Below the pieces are notes generated by a model. The model did not search any database, was not told the DNA's origin, and was given only the letters and a program-made list of their open reading frames with translations. From the IMG/VR virus record IMGVR_UViG_3300042922_000648, positions 1 to 40,012 of that record: a DNA stretch of 40,012 bases; one strand, written 5' to 3'. Position numbers and translations under genes: made by a program. Source of the stretch: a virus. Taxonomy: Duplodnaviria; Caudoviricetes. Shown here in pieces: positions 25,307-35,434 of the stretch (position 1 is the stretch's first letter; every line of letters begins with the position of its first letter).

Positions 25307-26083
25307 CTACGTGGTGATAATGTCAATAACCTTACCGTCAGATCGGTTTGCATCCAGCACAGCCAATTCCAACGTATTAGCCGTTGCATTTTTGCGCTGC
25401 TGATCAATAGTGAACGTCCCCAACATTTTCGCCTTATAAATGACGATGGTTACGTCAAACCATTCTTCGGTCGAATCGTCCAGCGCCTTACCGTATGCAA
25501 CGAATTTGTATGACTTGTTTCGTGTCGTGGTGGTGATGGAAGCCGATGTAGAAGCAACCGAAGTATAACTCCCAAACACACGAACGTCTTTACCTACAAG
25601 CGTTGCATCCCCAAGTGTAATGATCCCTGCCGCAATCGTGTACTGTAAGGCCGTAGGTGTTGCGGAAACCCGCTCCAGTTGCTTCCCTGCGGCGGTGTGG
25701 TCTTTAGACACAACGATAACCTTGTCTGTTTCAGCCACTAATACAGCTGCTTTGGAAGGAGTTACGGTTCCTCCAGCCGCTACCGTCAGCTTCTCAAAGA
25801 AAGGTACGGCAACGGACCCAGTTGCGAGTTCTGCTCCAGTTGCCGCCAGCAGCATATTGAAGTCTAACTCTGCGTTTTCTAACTGAATGCCAGACTCCGC
25901 ATCTTGTTCAGTCAAGTGGAATGCGTATTTGCTTGCACCGCCGTATACGCGATTCTGTTTAGCATCAATGGAAAGTGTCATTTTTGTCAGTCGCTCAAAG
26001 AATGCAACTGGATTGTCACTTTCATCAAACAATGCTGCGTTCGAAATGTCGTCTACAACCCATTGTTTTGTGGATAATGCCAT
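25307..26083 (-). CDS. Major tail (tube) protein
   Basis: 258 aa, Ala/Thr-rich; position before the chaperones and TMP; AAGGAGG RBS. Confidence 0.75.
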   Translation of the reverse strand: MALSTKQWVVDDISNAALFDESDNPVAFFERLTKMTLSIDAKQNRVYGGASKYAFHLTEQDAESGIQLENAELDFNMLLAATGAELATGSVAVPFFEKLTVAAGGTVTPSKAAVLVAETDKVIVVSKDHTAAGKQLERVSATPTALQYTIAAGIITLGDATLVGKDVRVFGSYTSVASTSASITTTTRNKSYKFVAYGKALDDSTEEWFDVTIVIYKAKMLGTFTIDQQRKNATANTLELAVLDANRSDGKVIDIITT

Positions 26084-26114
26084 GTATAAGTCCCTCCTTG
26101 GGATATAAAAAAAC

Positions 26115-26300
26115 CTAACCGTTTAAGATTTCGGTTAGGCGCTTGTCGATCTGCTGAATTCGCTGATATTCTTCAGTTGTTTGGAATCCTTCAATGGGAT
26201 TAAAGGATTCCCATATTCCGAGTTTCTTGGCAAGGTTGATCTTCTCTTTAATCAGCTTGTCTTGCTCGGTAGGTTCTTCTTTGACGGTTTTAATGGTCAC
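26115..26300 (-). CDS. Hypothetical protein
   Basis: 61 aa; GGAGGTG upstream. Confidence 0.55.
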   Translation of the reverse strand: MTIKTVKEEPTEQDKLIKEKINLAKKLGIWESFNPIEGFQTTEEYQRIQQIDKRLTEILNG

Positions 26301-26303
26301 GCC

Positions 26304-26411
26304 TCACACCTCCAATTCCTGAGCCACACGTTTGAATTGTTCTCCAATCCGCTTTAATGATTCTGCGGTTCGTTTTGCTGCGTTTTCTATAGCTATTGCA
26401 TACTCTTGCAT
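26304..26411 (-). CDS. Small hypothetical protein, 35 aa (not in ORF track)
   Basis: GAGGTG RBS; MQEYAIAIENAAKRTAESLKRIGEQFKRVAQELEV. Confidence 0.45.
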   Translation of the reverse strand: MQEYAIAIENAAKRTAESLKRIGEQFKRVAQELEV

Positions 26412-26421
26412 GCCTTCCACC

Positions 26422-26853
26422 TCACTTTCTAACATAGTCCACATCATAGATGGCCTTATACCCCTTAAGGTCCTTTATGCCGGTTGCAAAGTCGGTGTCA
26501 TAGGCTAAATGACACCGGAAGGATTGGAACCCTTGGAACGAGAGGTATTTGTCGTGGAATATCTGAAAGGCTCTCTCTGCTATCCCCCTGGCATCATTGG
26601 AACGCTTGGCGTAAATATCCAAGCAATACTTACCTTCGTACACCAAATGATTTCGTCCGTATCGTCCGGGCATGGTGTAAATCTGCACCTGAGGGATGTT
26701 CTTGTCTGAAACCACAACGTCCGGTTCTAGCCCTTTTACCAGCTTACCCGCCTTAACCTCTGGAGACGCTACGGAATCAAGTCCAAGCAGCGTCATGAAT
26801 GCAGCATCGCGCTCCAGTAAATAGTACACAGCATCAATTATCGCTTGGCTCAA
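26422..26853 (-). CDS. Putative tail terminator protein
   Basis: Size, position and CLDIYAK...ARGIAERAFQIF pattern. Confidence 0.6.
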   Translation of the reverse strand: MSQAIIDAVYYLLERDAAFMTLLGLDSVASPEVKAGKLVKGLEPDVVVSDKNIPQVQIYTMPGRYGRNHLVYEGKYCLDIYAKRSNDARGIAERAFQIFHDKYLSFQGFQSFRCHLAYDTDFATGIKDLKGYKAIYDVDYVRK

Positions 26854-27428
26854 TCCCTCACCTCCTTGAAGTATTTATGATATGGAAACTCTTCCAGGAC
26901 ACGCGCAACGCCCTGTAGAATGCGGTCACGATTGGACTGTATGGCAATTCGTAAGAAGTATGACGGGGGTGTCGCTTTGAACTTCGGATCAATGTCCCCG
27001 CGTGCCGCCAGTTCTTCCAGGTCAACCCCCGCATAACCGCCGCCTGAGTATCGGACTGTACCGTCAATGCTTCTATAGTTGCCCATGCCGCGCCCCACGA
27101 CAACCTTACTCCCCTTTGAGCGAAGCCTGTTCCAAGCATCCGAATTCATATAGGTTACAAGTCCGGCGTTTTGGCTGGAGTCGGCCATGAGTGAGCCTTT
27201 ACCGAATTGTTCCAACCATGCTTGCCAGTAATCGGCCGTGATATCGCCCTGTATCATTTGGTTTGCCAGTGTGATCATGCTCATTTCAAGCTTTTCACGT
27301 ACCGCAGGATAGTAGCGCACGCCACCTTTGGCTGTCAGCAGTACCAGCTTTGTAAGGCCCGTGATTTCAACCGCCAATTTGTTCTCCAGGTCTCTTGTCG
27401 CCCTTACGTAATCATATCCATCAATCAT
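26850..27428 (-). CDS. Putative tail completion/neck protein (HK97 gp10-like position)
   Basis: AWLEQFGKGS...PPSYFLRIAI...ILQG. Confidence 0.55.
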   Translation of the reverse strand: MIDGYDYVRATRDLENKLAVEITGLTKLVLLTAKGGVRYYPAVREKLEMSMITLANQMIQGDITADYWQAWLEQFGKGSLMADSSQNAGLVTYMNSDAWNRLRSKGSKVVVGRGMGNYRSIDGTVRYSGGGYAGVDLEELAARGDIDPKFKATPPSYFLRIAIQSNRDRILQGVARVLEEFPYHKYFKEVRD

Positions 27429-28009
27429 CGCATGTCCTCCGACAGCTGTATCTGATAGAGTCCTGGGAACTGAATATCGTCTATGGCATCCACTTGATAT
27501 GGACGGCCATTCAAAATTATGCGATCTGGCCCGAGCAGTAGGGAGTCATTGGGGCGGCGAACATCTACGGTATTCTGCAGACGAATCAGATGGGTTGATG
27601 TTGGCAATAGCCCGGGGTCTTCTTGTCTTAATTGACCTGTGACGTAACGGACAAATGAATGCACTCCTGTTTCAACATCTTGAAATTCAGGATCACCGAT
27701 TGGATTGTCATTATCATCATACCGCTGTCCGTACCGCTGCACTTTTACAATCATGTTCGTTTTTACCATCCCGCAGTATTTATCCCGGTCCGGTGTAGGT
27801 CGGATAGAACAGACAAGAAATATTTCTCCCGTCTCGATCAACGCCCCTGGAAGAACGGACGACTCGGGAGCAAAGCGCCCGATGTAATCCGACTCTCTCC
27901 CGAACTGAGATGATCCGCTTGCTCCGCGAGACAATATAACCGCCTCCGACACTCCATTCACTGTGCAGGGCGTGTGCCGGTGGGCGAATTCATGAAACAT
28001 CCTTCTCAC
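27425..28009 (-). CDS. Putative head closure (stopper) protein
   Basis: DRIILNGRPYQVDAID C-terminus; position after the adaptor. Confidence 0.55.
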   Translation of the reverse strand: MRRMFHEFAHRHTPCTVNGVSEAVILSRGASGSSQFGRESDYIGRFAPESSVLPGALIETGEIFLVCSIRPTPDRDKYCGMVKTNMIVKVQRYGQRYDDNDNPIGDPEFQDVETGVHSFVRYVTGQLRQEDPGLLPTSTHLIRLQNTVDVRRPNDSLLLGPDRIILNGRPYQVDAIDDIQFPGLYQIQLSEDMR

Positions 28010-28573
28010 CTACCTGAAGGAACGATGCTGATACTCAGACAGCATATCCGCTATCTCTGGAGTAATCATGTCGTTCCCAAAGTATTCAATTGTGGAATCA
28101 ACGTCTTTTCTCATTTTGACGTTTGAATTTGAACTGCTGGACAATTGAGCGATAAGCAAACCACACGCCACCTTCACCTTATCAGGGATTGGGTCCCAAC
28201 CGCTGGTATAGGTGACCTCCAGCTCAGCATACGGCGCTCCGAACGGCGAACCACCACAAAACACCGCGCCGATTTCTTTATCCACGTCCAAGGCGCTGAG
28301 GTCTACCTCCGCAAACCCTGGAGAACCGAAGAAGTTATCACCGGTGATGCCGTATGCGGCTCGGCCCTTAAGCTCTGTGACATCCTTAACGGGATAGTAC
28401 GACAGGTGTCCCCGTTGATTCGTCAATGGTATGCGCTCCGTGTAGGTTGTAACGCCGATTTCACGCTTACAGCGACCGTCCACGATGGCCGAAGCCCTAA
28501 TAATTAACGGGAGGGTCAGCACGACTCCTGCGGGTGCATAGTCGGTTTCTGTTGTGGTTAGATATTGGCTCAT
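28010..28573 (-). CDS. Head-tail adaptor (gp6/gp15-like)
   Basis: RASAIVDGRC.R...VTYTSGWDPIPDKVKVAC..L...IADMLSEY. Confidence 0.75.
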   Translation of the reverse strand: MSQYLTTTETDYAPAGVVLTLPLIIRASAIVDGRCKREIGVTTYTERIPLTNQRGHLSYYPVKDVTELKGRAAYGITGDNFFGSPGFAEVDLSALDVDKEIGAVFCGGSPFGAPYAELEVTYTSGWDPIPDKVKVACGLLIAQLSSSSNSNVKMRKDVDSTIEYFGNDMITPEIADMLSEYQHRSFR

Positions 28574-28860
28574 TCAATGTAACCAGCTTTACGGAGTGTT
28601 TCAGCTGCTTCCGAAGAAAATTCCGCTTTACCATTGATGAAGGTGAAAATCCCTTCGCTGAGGTGAACAGTAAGAGAACCTTCGCGACCTTCGTCCCAGC
28701 CTTTTAATGAAACCAATTCCTTCGGAGGCTTGATTTCTTCAGCAGGCGGCGTTGTTGGCTCCGTTTCGGGTGTGTTGGAACCCTCTTTTCCATCCGGGTT
28801 TTCAGCTTTAGGAGTGTCTTGAACTTCAGTAACTGCTTTCTCTACTGTTTTGTCCTTCAT
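28570..28860 (-). CDS. Hypothetical head-region protein
   Basis: 96 aa after the capsid gene; AAAGGAG RBS. Confidence 0.6.
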   Translation of the reverse strand: MKDKTVEKAVTEVQDTPKAENPDGKEGSNTPETEPTTPPAEEIKPPKELVSLKGWDEGREGSLTVHLSEGIFTFINGKAEFSSEAAETLRKAGYIE

Positions 28861-28916
28861 GTCTATCTTCTCCTTTCAATTGGGAAGGGCGGCAGTTTCG
28901 CCGCCCTATGGACTAA

Positions 28917-29915
28917 CTAAACTGCGATGATAGTCGGACGTTCAACTACACCGTAGGCATGAGCATAACCAGGACCTTTTGCAACAGGAGCACCGAACTT
29001 AACGCCCACAAAAGATTCAGCCAGATTTCCGGTTGTACCGAGTTCAAACAACATAATGCCTTTGTCGCCAACATAGTGATATTCGATCATAGATTCAGTA
29101 ACGATCGCGAATCCATAGTCGGTATTTTCAGGGCGAGTTGCATTCACGCCCGATGGCATGAAAGGTTCCGGGATCAAAGGCAGTACGCCAGCTGCCGTCT
29201 GTATGGCTTGAACAGTCAATCCAGCAATTGTCGTTTTTGACAGGTTGCTAATATAGGTTTGATTGAACGAAGCCAGTTTTTCTTCTTCGGCCAGATAGTG
29301 CAGTGCCAAAGGATGGATGTAGATTGCAGTAGGCATTAGCTCATATACTTCACTGGCAATCATAGAAGCCACTTTTGCACAAATCGCTGAAACGATGGAC
29401 GCACCAATACCCACGGAGAACAAATTGGTGATCTGTTTTGGAATACCAACATATTGCAAGGTGGTCGGAACCATAAGATTAGTGTCCGTTCCTCTCCACA
29501 ACATTTTCCCGTGATGAAGACCAATAGCGTTAAGCATGTCCGCCAGGTCTTTAGATCTCAGTTCAGGGAAGTTGTTCTGTTGCTTATTAAGCAGATTGTC
29601 GTATAGGCCAAAGTTCACTTGGTTTGTGGAAGCTTTGATCTTTACGCCGTGTGGTGTGCGCGGATTACTCGTTGCCGCAGCAGTGATGTTTCGCGGATCG
29701 ACCGCTACACCGCCGTTGATAGTGTTCTGCTCGTAGTACGTAGAAATGTCACCGGTTGCTGGAGTATAATTCATACGGCCATCAAGAACGGAACTGCGGC
29801 GCAGTGTGTCAGTAATCTCCTTTTGGAAATCATCCGTAATCAATGCACCAGGACTTTGAAATTGCGTTGCCGCTGCGATATCGACAGATTGTGCTTGACC
29901 CACTCGATTATTCAT
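28917..29915 (-). CDS. Major capsid protein
   Basis: 332 aa after the scaffold/protease gene; followed by hairpin AGGGCGGC/GCCGCCCT (28886-28907). Confidence 0.8.
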   Translation of the reverse strand: MNNRVGQAQSVDIAAATQFQSPGALITDDFQKEITDTLRRSSVLDGRMNYTPATGDISTYYEQNTINGGVAVDPRNITAAATSNPRTPHGVKIKASTNQVNFGLYDNLLNKQQNNFPELRSKDLADMLNAIGLHHGKMLWRGTDTNLMVPTTLQYVGIPKQITNLFSVGIGASIVSAICAKVASMIASEVYELMPTAIYIHPLALHYLAEEEKLASFNQTYISNLSKTTIAGLTVQAIQTAAGVLPLIPEPFMPSGVNATRPENTDYGFAIVTESMIEYHYVGDKGIMLFELGTTGNLAESFVGVKFGAPVAKGPGYAHAYGVVERPTIIAV

Positions 29916-29918
29916 ATA

Positions 29919-30938
29919 TTATTTTTCCTCCTTGTTGAACTGCCCTCTTGCTTGCAACTTCAAATTCATGGAATCAGCAATCGGGAGATTTAATGCGTCT
30001 ACCGATGCGCAGAACGTCTTGTAATCTTGCGGCTCAGCTGCGTTACTTCCATACTTGGAAAGCAATTGCGAGGCTGAGAACGTTTTTCTTTCCGGTTCTG
30101 CTGGCGGCTGTTCAGCCTTTGCCTTCAGTTCCTTCAACTCAGTTTCAAGCTGAGTCATGCGATCCTGCGAAGCCTTCAGATCAGCTGCAGCCTGTTGTTC
30201 TGCTGTCTTCTGGCCCTCAGTCGCATTTGCTGCCTTCACAGTCGCAAGGTCGGTTTTGATTTCGCCTACCTCTGTCTTGATCTCACCGATACTGGCCGAG
30301 ATATCCTTCTTAAAGCCCTCCAGCAGTTCTTTCAACAATTTGTCGTCCACTTCGTTTTCCTCCTTGGGTTTATGATTTCGAGCCGCGAAGCTCGTTGTTT
30401 GATAAGCAGCCGCTTCAGCAAAAAGGATTGCCGCGCCGGTACCGCAGAACTCTACCACATCCAGCACGTTTTCCAGGTCTGGTGCATCCTGCACCGAAGC
30501 TTCCATTTCGAGCGAAGCGCCGAACTTGTACTCTGACCAATTGTGTTCAGCTGCAAGCCCGTTATAGTAACGGATAGTCGCCACAACATCCGGGAAGTCT
30601 TTGCCGTAGATATATCCATCAATCCAGGCATATCCATCCAAGGAACGGTACGCCTTATCGATCACGGCCACTTTAAAGCGTGGATCATGGTCGGCCATAC
30701 CTGCGGCATAGTCAATATTCAGCGCCATTCCTACAAAGGTTTGAAGGTATTGGTCACACACGCTTGACGATATCCGGATCTTCTTGCCGCCAGCTCCGTG
30801 CGGTGAACCTTCACTCGGCTGATCTACCGCGAACAATGCGCATTTGAATGGAACCTTATTGGGGTGTCCTCCAGCATCCGAGAGTTTGAAGTCCTGGACG
30901 CGCATCTTCTGATTGCTTAATTTCAGAGTTTTTAACAT
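29919..30938 (-). CDS. Prohead protease/scaffold fusion (putative)
   Basis: Globular N-terminal half (DH, GASLEM, GAAIL..AAAY) plus coiled-coil C-terminal half; between portal and capsid. Confidence 0.7.
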   Translation of the reverse strand: MLKTLKLSNQKMRVQDFKLSDAGGHPNKVPFKCALFAVDQPSEGSPHGAGGKKIRISSSVCDQYLQTFVGMALNIDYAAGMADHDPRFKVAVIDKAYRSLDGYAWIDGYIYGKDFPDVVATIRYYNGLAAEHNWSEYKFGASLEMEASVQDAPDLENVLDVVEFCGTGAAILFAEAAAYQTTSFAARNHKPKEENEVDDKLLKELLEGFKKDISASIGEIKTEVGEIKTDLATVKAANATEGQKTAEQQAAADLKASQDRMTQLETELKELKAKAEQPPAEPERKTFSASQLLSKYGSNAAEPQDYKTFCASVDALNLPIADSMNLKLQARGQFNKEEK

Positions 30939-30946
30939 TTCACTTC

Positions 30947-31057
30947 TCACCTCCCCTCAGGTTTTACGCCATGTCGCCGTTCTGCGCGATTCCTCGGGGC
31001 TGGCACAGCCTGAGAAGAAGTCTTGCGGACCAGCTTTTTGAGTAGCTTCTTAAACAC
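30947..31057 (-). CDS. Small basic peptide, 36 aa (not in ORF track)
   Basis: GGCGGTG RBS; MFKKLLKKLVRKTSSQAVPAPRNRAERRHGVKPEGR with NRAERR motif. Confidence 0.45.
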   Translation of the reverse strand: MFKKLLKKLVRKTSSQAVPAPRNRAERRHGVKPEGR

Positions 31058-31093
31058 GTTCTCACCGCCTCTCAGGGCAAAATAAAAACACCG

Positions 31094-32428
31094 TTACGTT
31101 TCCTCGGTGTTTGGGTCTTCTTTATTCGGTTCGACTTCTGGCGGCTCAGGCGGCGCTTTAGCAACTGCGAGTTCTTCTTGGGTCATATTTATATCAACAA
31201 CCGCGCTCTTGCTTGGTTGTAATAGCACCTCTCCATGTTGGTTAGGCAGGGCCTTCTTGCCTTGTTTATCTCTCACTTCATCCGGTGTCCAGGTTCTTCG
31301 ATCCAAGTAGATTGCATCGATGTCCGCCTGTGTCTTCAAGTCCTTCAGAGATGTAGCATAAATGAACTTGAACTCGATCACGCCGCCCATTTTAAAGATG
31401 CCGTCAATAATATGATTGTTGATATGCTCAACGATGTTCTCGGCAATGGATTGTACCGTAGCTTCCGTATCCTCGTCTTCACTTTCTGCTGTGGTCCGGT
31501 TTACGTCCTTTGTCTGCCCCAACTTCTTAGGCGATACACCGAAGGATATAGCTATGATCTCAATAAGGAATCGCTGCCACTCAAGGAAGAGTGCTTTGTC
31601 GTCTGTGGCTCCTAAATCAAGCAAGCTCGGGTTAGATCCGCTGATAATAGGGAGAATCCCCTTGCCTTGTACCTCGTTATCCCAATATGAGCGATATGCC
31701 TTAACATCTACGCTATCCCCGTTTTTTCCCGTTCCAAGATTCAGTATCTTGCGAATGAATGAGCTTTTCGTTTGATTTCCTGCCGATCTATGAGAATCTA
31801 TGAAGTTATTCGCTGATTCCCACACTGTTTCAAGGGGAGATAACCCGAACGGTGTACTTGATCTCGGATTCATTCGGACATACATCATTTCAGATGCGGT
31901 CAAAGGAACGATCTTACCATTGTTCCGCTGGGCGTATCGGTATGAATCTGTCTTACCGTCCCAATTGGGGAACAGGTCCACAGAGAAAGAATCTACCGGA
32001 TACATGCGAAATGGCCGATCTTTATCCCCGGCCCTGAGTACTTCGGAGCTACCGGCACTACAGACAAGCATATCTTCAACCATTTGCTCTAGCCATGAAC
32101 GGAAGGTGTCGCCAGGATTAGGTTTAAGTAACGCGTTTTCGATAATCTTGCACAGCCCTGCGTACTTCTCCGTGTTGTTTTCATCAATAGCAGCCACCGA
32201 CCAATTCAGCTTTGTTATCCCATCTTTAACAACGTTGATTGCTCGGCGTGGGATGGGCGACTCACTCAATGTCCTGAGGTTCGTTGGCGTTCGCTTCTGC
32301 ACTGGCTGATTCGTGTTTCTACGGCCCCACCAGCCCCAGCCCTGTGAGAATGGTTCCGTCTGCCGCTCCGGCTCGTTCTTGGTTCTTCCTGCTTCAAGCC
32401 ATGTAATCAGCCTTTGTCTAATGCCCAA
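31094..32428 (-). CDS. Portal protein
   Basis: KPNPGDTFRSWL, FGLSPLE, IAISFGVSPKKLG, WTPDEVR..GK.ALP. Confidence 0.92.
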   Translation of the reverse strand: MGIRQRLITWLEAGRTKNEPERQTEPFSQGWGWWGRRNTNQPVQKRTPTNLRTLSESPIPRRAINVVKDGITKLNWSVAAIDENNTEKYAGLCKIIENALLKPNPGDTFRSWLEQMVEDMLVCSAGSSEVLRAGDKDRPFRMYPVDSFSVDLFPNWDGKTDSYRYAQRNNGKIVPLTASEMMYVRMNPRSSTPFGLSPLETVWESANNFIDSHRSAGNQTKSSFIRKILNLGTGKNGDSVDVKAYRSYWDNEVQGKGILPIISGSNPSLLDLGATDDKALFLEWQRFLIEIIAISFGVSPKKLGQTKDVNRTTAESEDEDTEATVQSIAENIVEHINNHIIDGIFKMGGVIEFKFIYATSLKDLKTQADIDAIYLDRRTWTPDEVRDKQGKKALPNQHGEVLLQPSKSAVVDINMTQEELAVAKAPPEPPEVEPNKEDPNTEET

Positions 32429-32630
32429 TCGTGTTCACCTCATTTCCAGTCGGCGGTTTAATCCTTGCTGTAGGCTTGCACTCAAAGCCAAATTCGTCCC
32501 AATATGTGCCACGAACAGGGGTTACGGAACAGTGCATACACCACCTGCCCTTAGAACGCTTTCCACAGTGATGACAATCAAAGGAATCTTTTTCAGGGAT
32601 AACACCAGCATTAGTTCGCTTGGTCATCAT
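32418..32630 (-). CDS. Small Cys-rich (CxxC...CxxC) protein
   Basis: DCHHCGK...WCMHCS; overlaps the portal start. Confidence 0.5.
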   Translation of the reverse strand: MMTKRTNAGVIPEKDSFDCHHCGKRSKGRWCMHCSVTPVRGTYWDEFGFECKPTARIKPPTGNEVNTIGH

Positions 32631-32700
32631 TTGTCTTCCCTTCTATAGGAATTCGCTTGAGCTAAGGAAACTTTTCCTTGTATGCCCTTCGTTATTATTC

Positions 32701-32894
32701 AAAAAATAGAAAACGGCATGCAGCTCTACACCTGGAGGAAGTAGACGGCATACCGTTTCATGCTCATTTATCCGTGAGCACATCGGATATAGGCTCCTGT
32801 AGCCGGGAGCGATACGGCTTATATGTTAAGCGCTGAGCGCACTCGACCAAAAAAAGAAGAACCCATTACTCCAACCAAAGGCGAAATGGATTCT
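32701..32894 (-). ncRNA. Structured RNA element: terminator, two tandem H-type pseudoknots, terminator
   Basis: PK1 AGCCG-TATC-GCTCC-CGGCT-ACA-GGAGC; PK2 ATCCG-ATG-TGCTCA-CGGAT-AAA-TGAGCA; flanking hairpins have G-U pairs and U tracts on the minus strand. Confidence 0.6.
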
Positions 32895-33084
32895 CAAAAC
32901 AATAAAAACGATAATTAGGCAACAGAGACATCAACTGTTACTATAACCTGAACGTACTTCGTGCCATTCAGGGCCAATTGGCGTTGGTCTTGAATGGAAA
33001 TACATCACATCAATTAGAGTTGACGTTAGGACAAATTACTACAAATAAAATATAACATTGGTTCGTTACTGCTCCACTACGGAT

Positions 33085-33285
33085 TTAACGATGGAAATCA
33101 ATGTACATCACGCTAGACATGGGGAATACTCGTCCTTTTCCATTTGTATCGATCAACGTGACTACTTTCTTCTCTGCGATTTCATCCCATGTGTTTGCTG
33201 TCTTTGCCGCCTCACTAACTTGTTTAGCCGCAGCTTCGCTAGCTTCAATGGTTGATCCATCTAAAAACTTGAACGTTGCTTTCAT
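33085..33285 (-). CDS. Hypothetical protein
   Basis: 66 aa; AAGGAG RBS. Confidence 0.65.
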   Translation of the reverse strand: MKATFKFLDGSTIEASEAAAKQVSEAAKTANTWDEIAEKKVVTLIDTNGKGRVFPMSSVMYIDFHR

Positions 33286-33309
33286 GATCTCATCTCCTTA
33301 TAGGTTTTC

Positions 33310-34725
33310 TTAACCGTATGTGAACCCTGTATTGCCTTCGCGGTCATTGTATATGGCGTACCTCTTTGAATCCTGTGTGTGGTTGTTCTTATCCTCAGGT
33401 TCCTCCGTGTGTTGATCTGTCTTCTTTTCCTTTTTCCACTTGTAGTTTTCTGTCTCCTTGATTTCGTTCTTGCATTCACGGTTCACATAGATGTTTGGAC
33501 GACCTGTACCAGCCTTCACCTTGTATAGAGTGGCTACCTCTCGAATGCCTGGCCCTATGGCGTTGTTAGCTTCTCTTACTGGCAAATCATAGCTCTTATA
33601 CGTACTGATGTATTCTGGCCCTGATGGGTCAGCCCATATCTCATCGAAGCGATATCTGTCGTTCATTTCTTTATAGCGCTTCACTAGGCAGTCTTCTAAG
33701 GCCCCGTCATTCCCGACCACAAGTACATTGACATGCTGGGCATACGCTTCCTCCACGATGTAATAGTCCTCACCTATGCAGCCTATAGCAAGCAATACAG
33801 CCGGATCGTTCCAGCCGTGGTCCATGCCGCCTATGAACCGGCTGAAGGTAATGTCCTTTGTGTTGCCGTCTGGGTAGGTGACCTCATACAGGTGAATGCT
33901 TTCGTCCAGGCATCGCATGTCCACAACGTGAGTGGTTCGCTTGAACTCGTCATACACCTGTCCATGGAATACATTGAACTTTGCCCTAATCTCACGGTCA
34001 ACGTATCTTTCGGGGTAAGTCTCGATCATTCGTTGAATGTTACGTTGCAGCTCAGGAATTGGATTGTCGAGTGATGTCCAGTAGAAGTTACGCCACTCAG
34101 GATCATTGAGATACTGTTCTTCCTCAAGCCCTGCATCTATGAACTGGCCTCTCAGTACAATGTCATCCGCGAACCAGTTAATACCTTCGGGCGTAGTCGT
34201 CCATACGCTCCAGCCGCCTTTGTCTGCCAGCGCATAAGACAAGTACCCCGTCCATGTCTCGGCCTTCATCTTACTTACCTCGTCCAACCATACGCCGTCC
34301 AGACCTTTACCAACGAGCGACTTTGGGTTGTCAGCTGACTTGAACTGAATAAGGACCCATCCCTTTAACCAGACTCGGTTCTTGGATAGGTCCCACGATT
34401 CAATCATTTCTTCTGGTAGTACGTCTGATAACTCCTCTTGCTGGATTTCAGACATTGCATATGTCGGTGACACGCACCAGTATTCAAGCTTTGGCTTGGG
34501 CTTCTTCATCTTCTTAAGGTTTTTAGGCGGTTTGTACGGCAACCCCTTACCGCGTTCAACATCAGCTAGGATGTTATCGAAAAACTTTCTCGCTCCAACA
34601 TTCGTCTTCCCGCCGCGCCGTCCGCAGTTCAATACATTGTTGCGCACTTCACTTTCCATAACTTCGATTTGTTTATCATGTGGAGTCCAACCTTCAAACG
34701 GATCAAGATCCAGAACGTGAGCCAT
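33310..34725 (-). CDS. terL: Terminase large subunit
   Basis: CGRRGGKT Walker A, VWLDE Walker B, TTTP, GMDHGWNDP, ADPS, NHTQDSKRY. Confidence 0.96.
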   Translation of the reverse strand: MAHVLDLDPFEGWTPHDKQIEVMESEVRNNVLNCGRRGGKTNVGARKFFDNILADVERGKGLPYKPPKNLKKMKKPKPKLEYWCVSPTYAMSEIQQEELSDVLPEEMIESWDLSKNRVWLKGWVLIQFKSADNPKSLVGKGLDGVWLDEVSKMKAETWTGYLSYALADKGGWSVWTTTPEGINWFADDIVLRGQFIDAGLEEEQYLNDPEWRNFYWTSLDNPIPELQRNIQRMIETYPERYVDREIRAKFNVFHGQVYDEFKRTTHVVDMRCLDESIHLYEVTYPDGNTKDITFSRFIGGMDHGWNDPAVLLAIGCIGEDYYIVEEAYAQHVNVLVVGNDGALEDCLVKRYKEMNDRYRFDEIWADPSGPEYISTYKSYDLPVREANNAIGPGIREVATLYKVKAGTGRPNIYVNRECKNEIKETENYKWKKEKKTDQHTEEPEDKNNHTQDSKRYAIYNDREGNTGFTYG

Positions 34726-35434
34726 TTGACCACCTCTTCACATTTATTGCAGTAGGATTTTCGTTATCTCCACTCTTAAGCTCTTCGATTTGCATTTTGG
34801 TCTTCTCTACATCAGCTTGCATTTGTTCCAGTTTCAGACGGCGCTCATCGTCTTCAGGGGCTATAGCAAGGAACTGCTTGATTGCACCACGCAGCTCACG
34901 CATGATAATAGACTCAGTTTTAACGAAACTAGCGTACTTGTCCCAAGCGAATTGAATCTCGTACTCTTTTTCATTGCCCCATTCGCCGGGCTTCTCCCTT
35001 TTTAACTCTTTAGTCATGTCTTCTTTGTCTTGAATGAAGAAAATTCGTTGTGCATATATGATCTTTTGGAACAGTTTCGTTATGTTGTACCAGATCATGT
35101 CTATTGGGTCCATCTGTTGGGCCATGTCGAGGATTGCCAGATATTCCGGGTCTTGCGGTTCAAACTTGCGGAACATGCCGTGCGTGACCGCCTTGTCATT
35201 CCCTGGTGGACCACCGGGACCGCCTTTGTTGCCCTTTGCGTTCTTGTTTCCCTTCTGTCCGCCGCGTCCTCGCTTGTCTGGTACGTCTTCCCACTTATCT
35301 ACCGACTTCCACTTACGGACGAGACCGGCGCTCACACCTAATTTTTCAGCGAGATCCTTCAATTTCATGGATTTGCCGCTGTCGAGCCACATTTTGAGGG
35401 CCTTTTTTCGATTGTCACTCTTATCTAAGCTCAT
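34703..35434 (-). CDS. terS: Terminase small subunit
   Basis: LKDLAEKLGVSAGLVRKWKSVDKW HTH; GQKGNKNAKGN..G.PPGN.KAVTHG; EYEIQFAWDK. Confidence 0.92.
   Translation of the reverse strand: MSLDKSDNRKKALKMWLDSGKSMKLKDLAEKLGVSAGLVRKWKSVDKWEDVPDKRGRGGQKGNKNAKGNKGGPGGPPGNDKAVTHGMFRKFEPQDPEYLAILDMAQQMDPIDMIWYNITKLFQKIIYAQRIFFIQDKEDMTKELKREKPGEWGNEKEYEIQFAWDKYASFVKTESIIMRELRGAIKQFLAIAPEDDERRLKLEQMQADVEKTKMQIEELKSGDNENPTAINVKRWSNGSRSGS

Noticed and set aside
32701-32900. c-di-AMP, preQ1 or other known riboswitch; HDV-like ribozyme
   Set aside because: I could not find their conserved cores or a nested double-pseudoknot topology, so the element is left unassigned.
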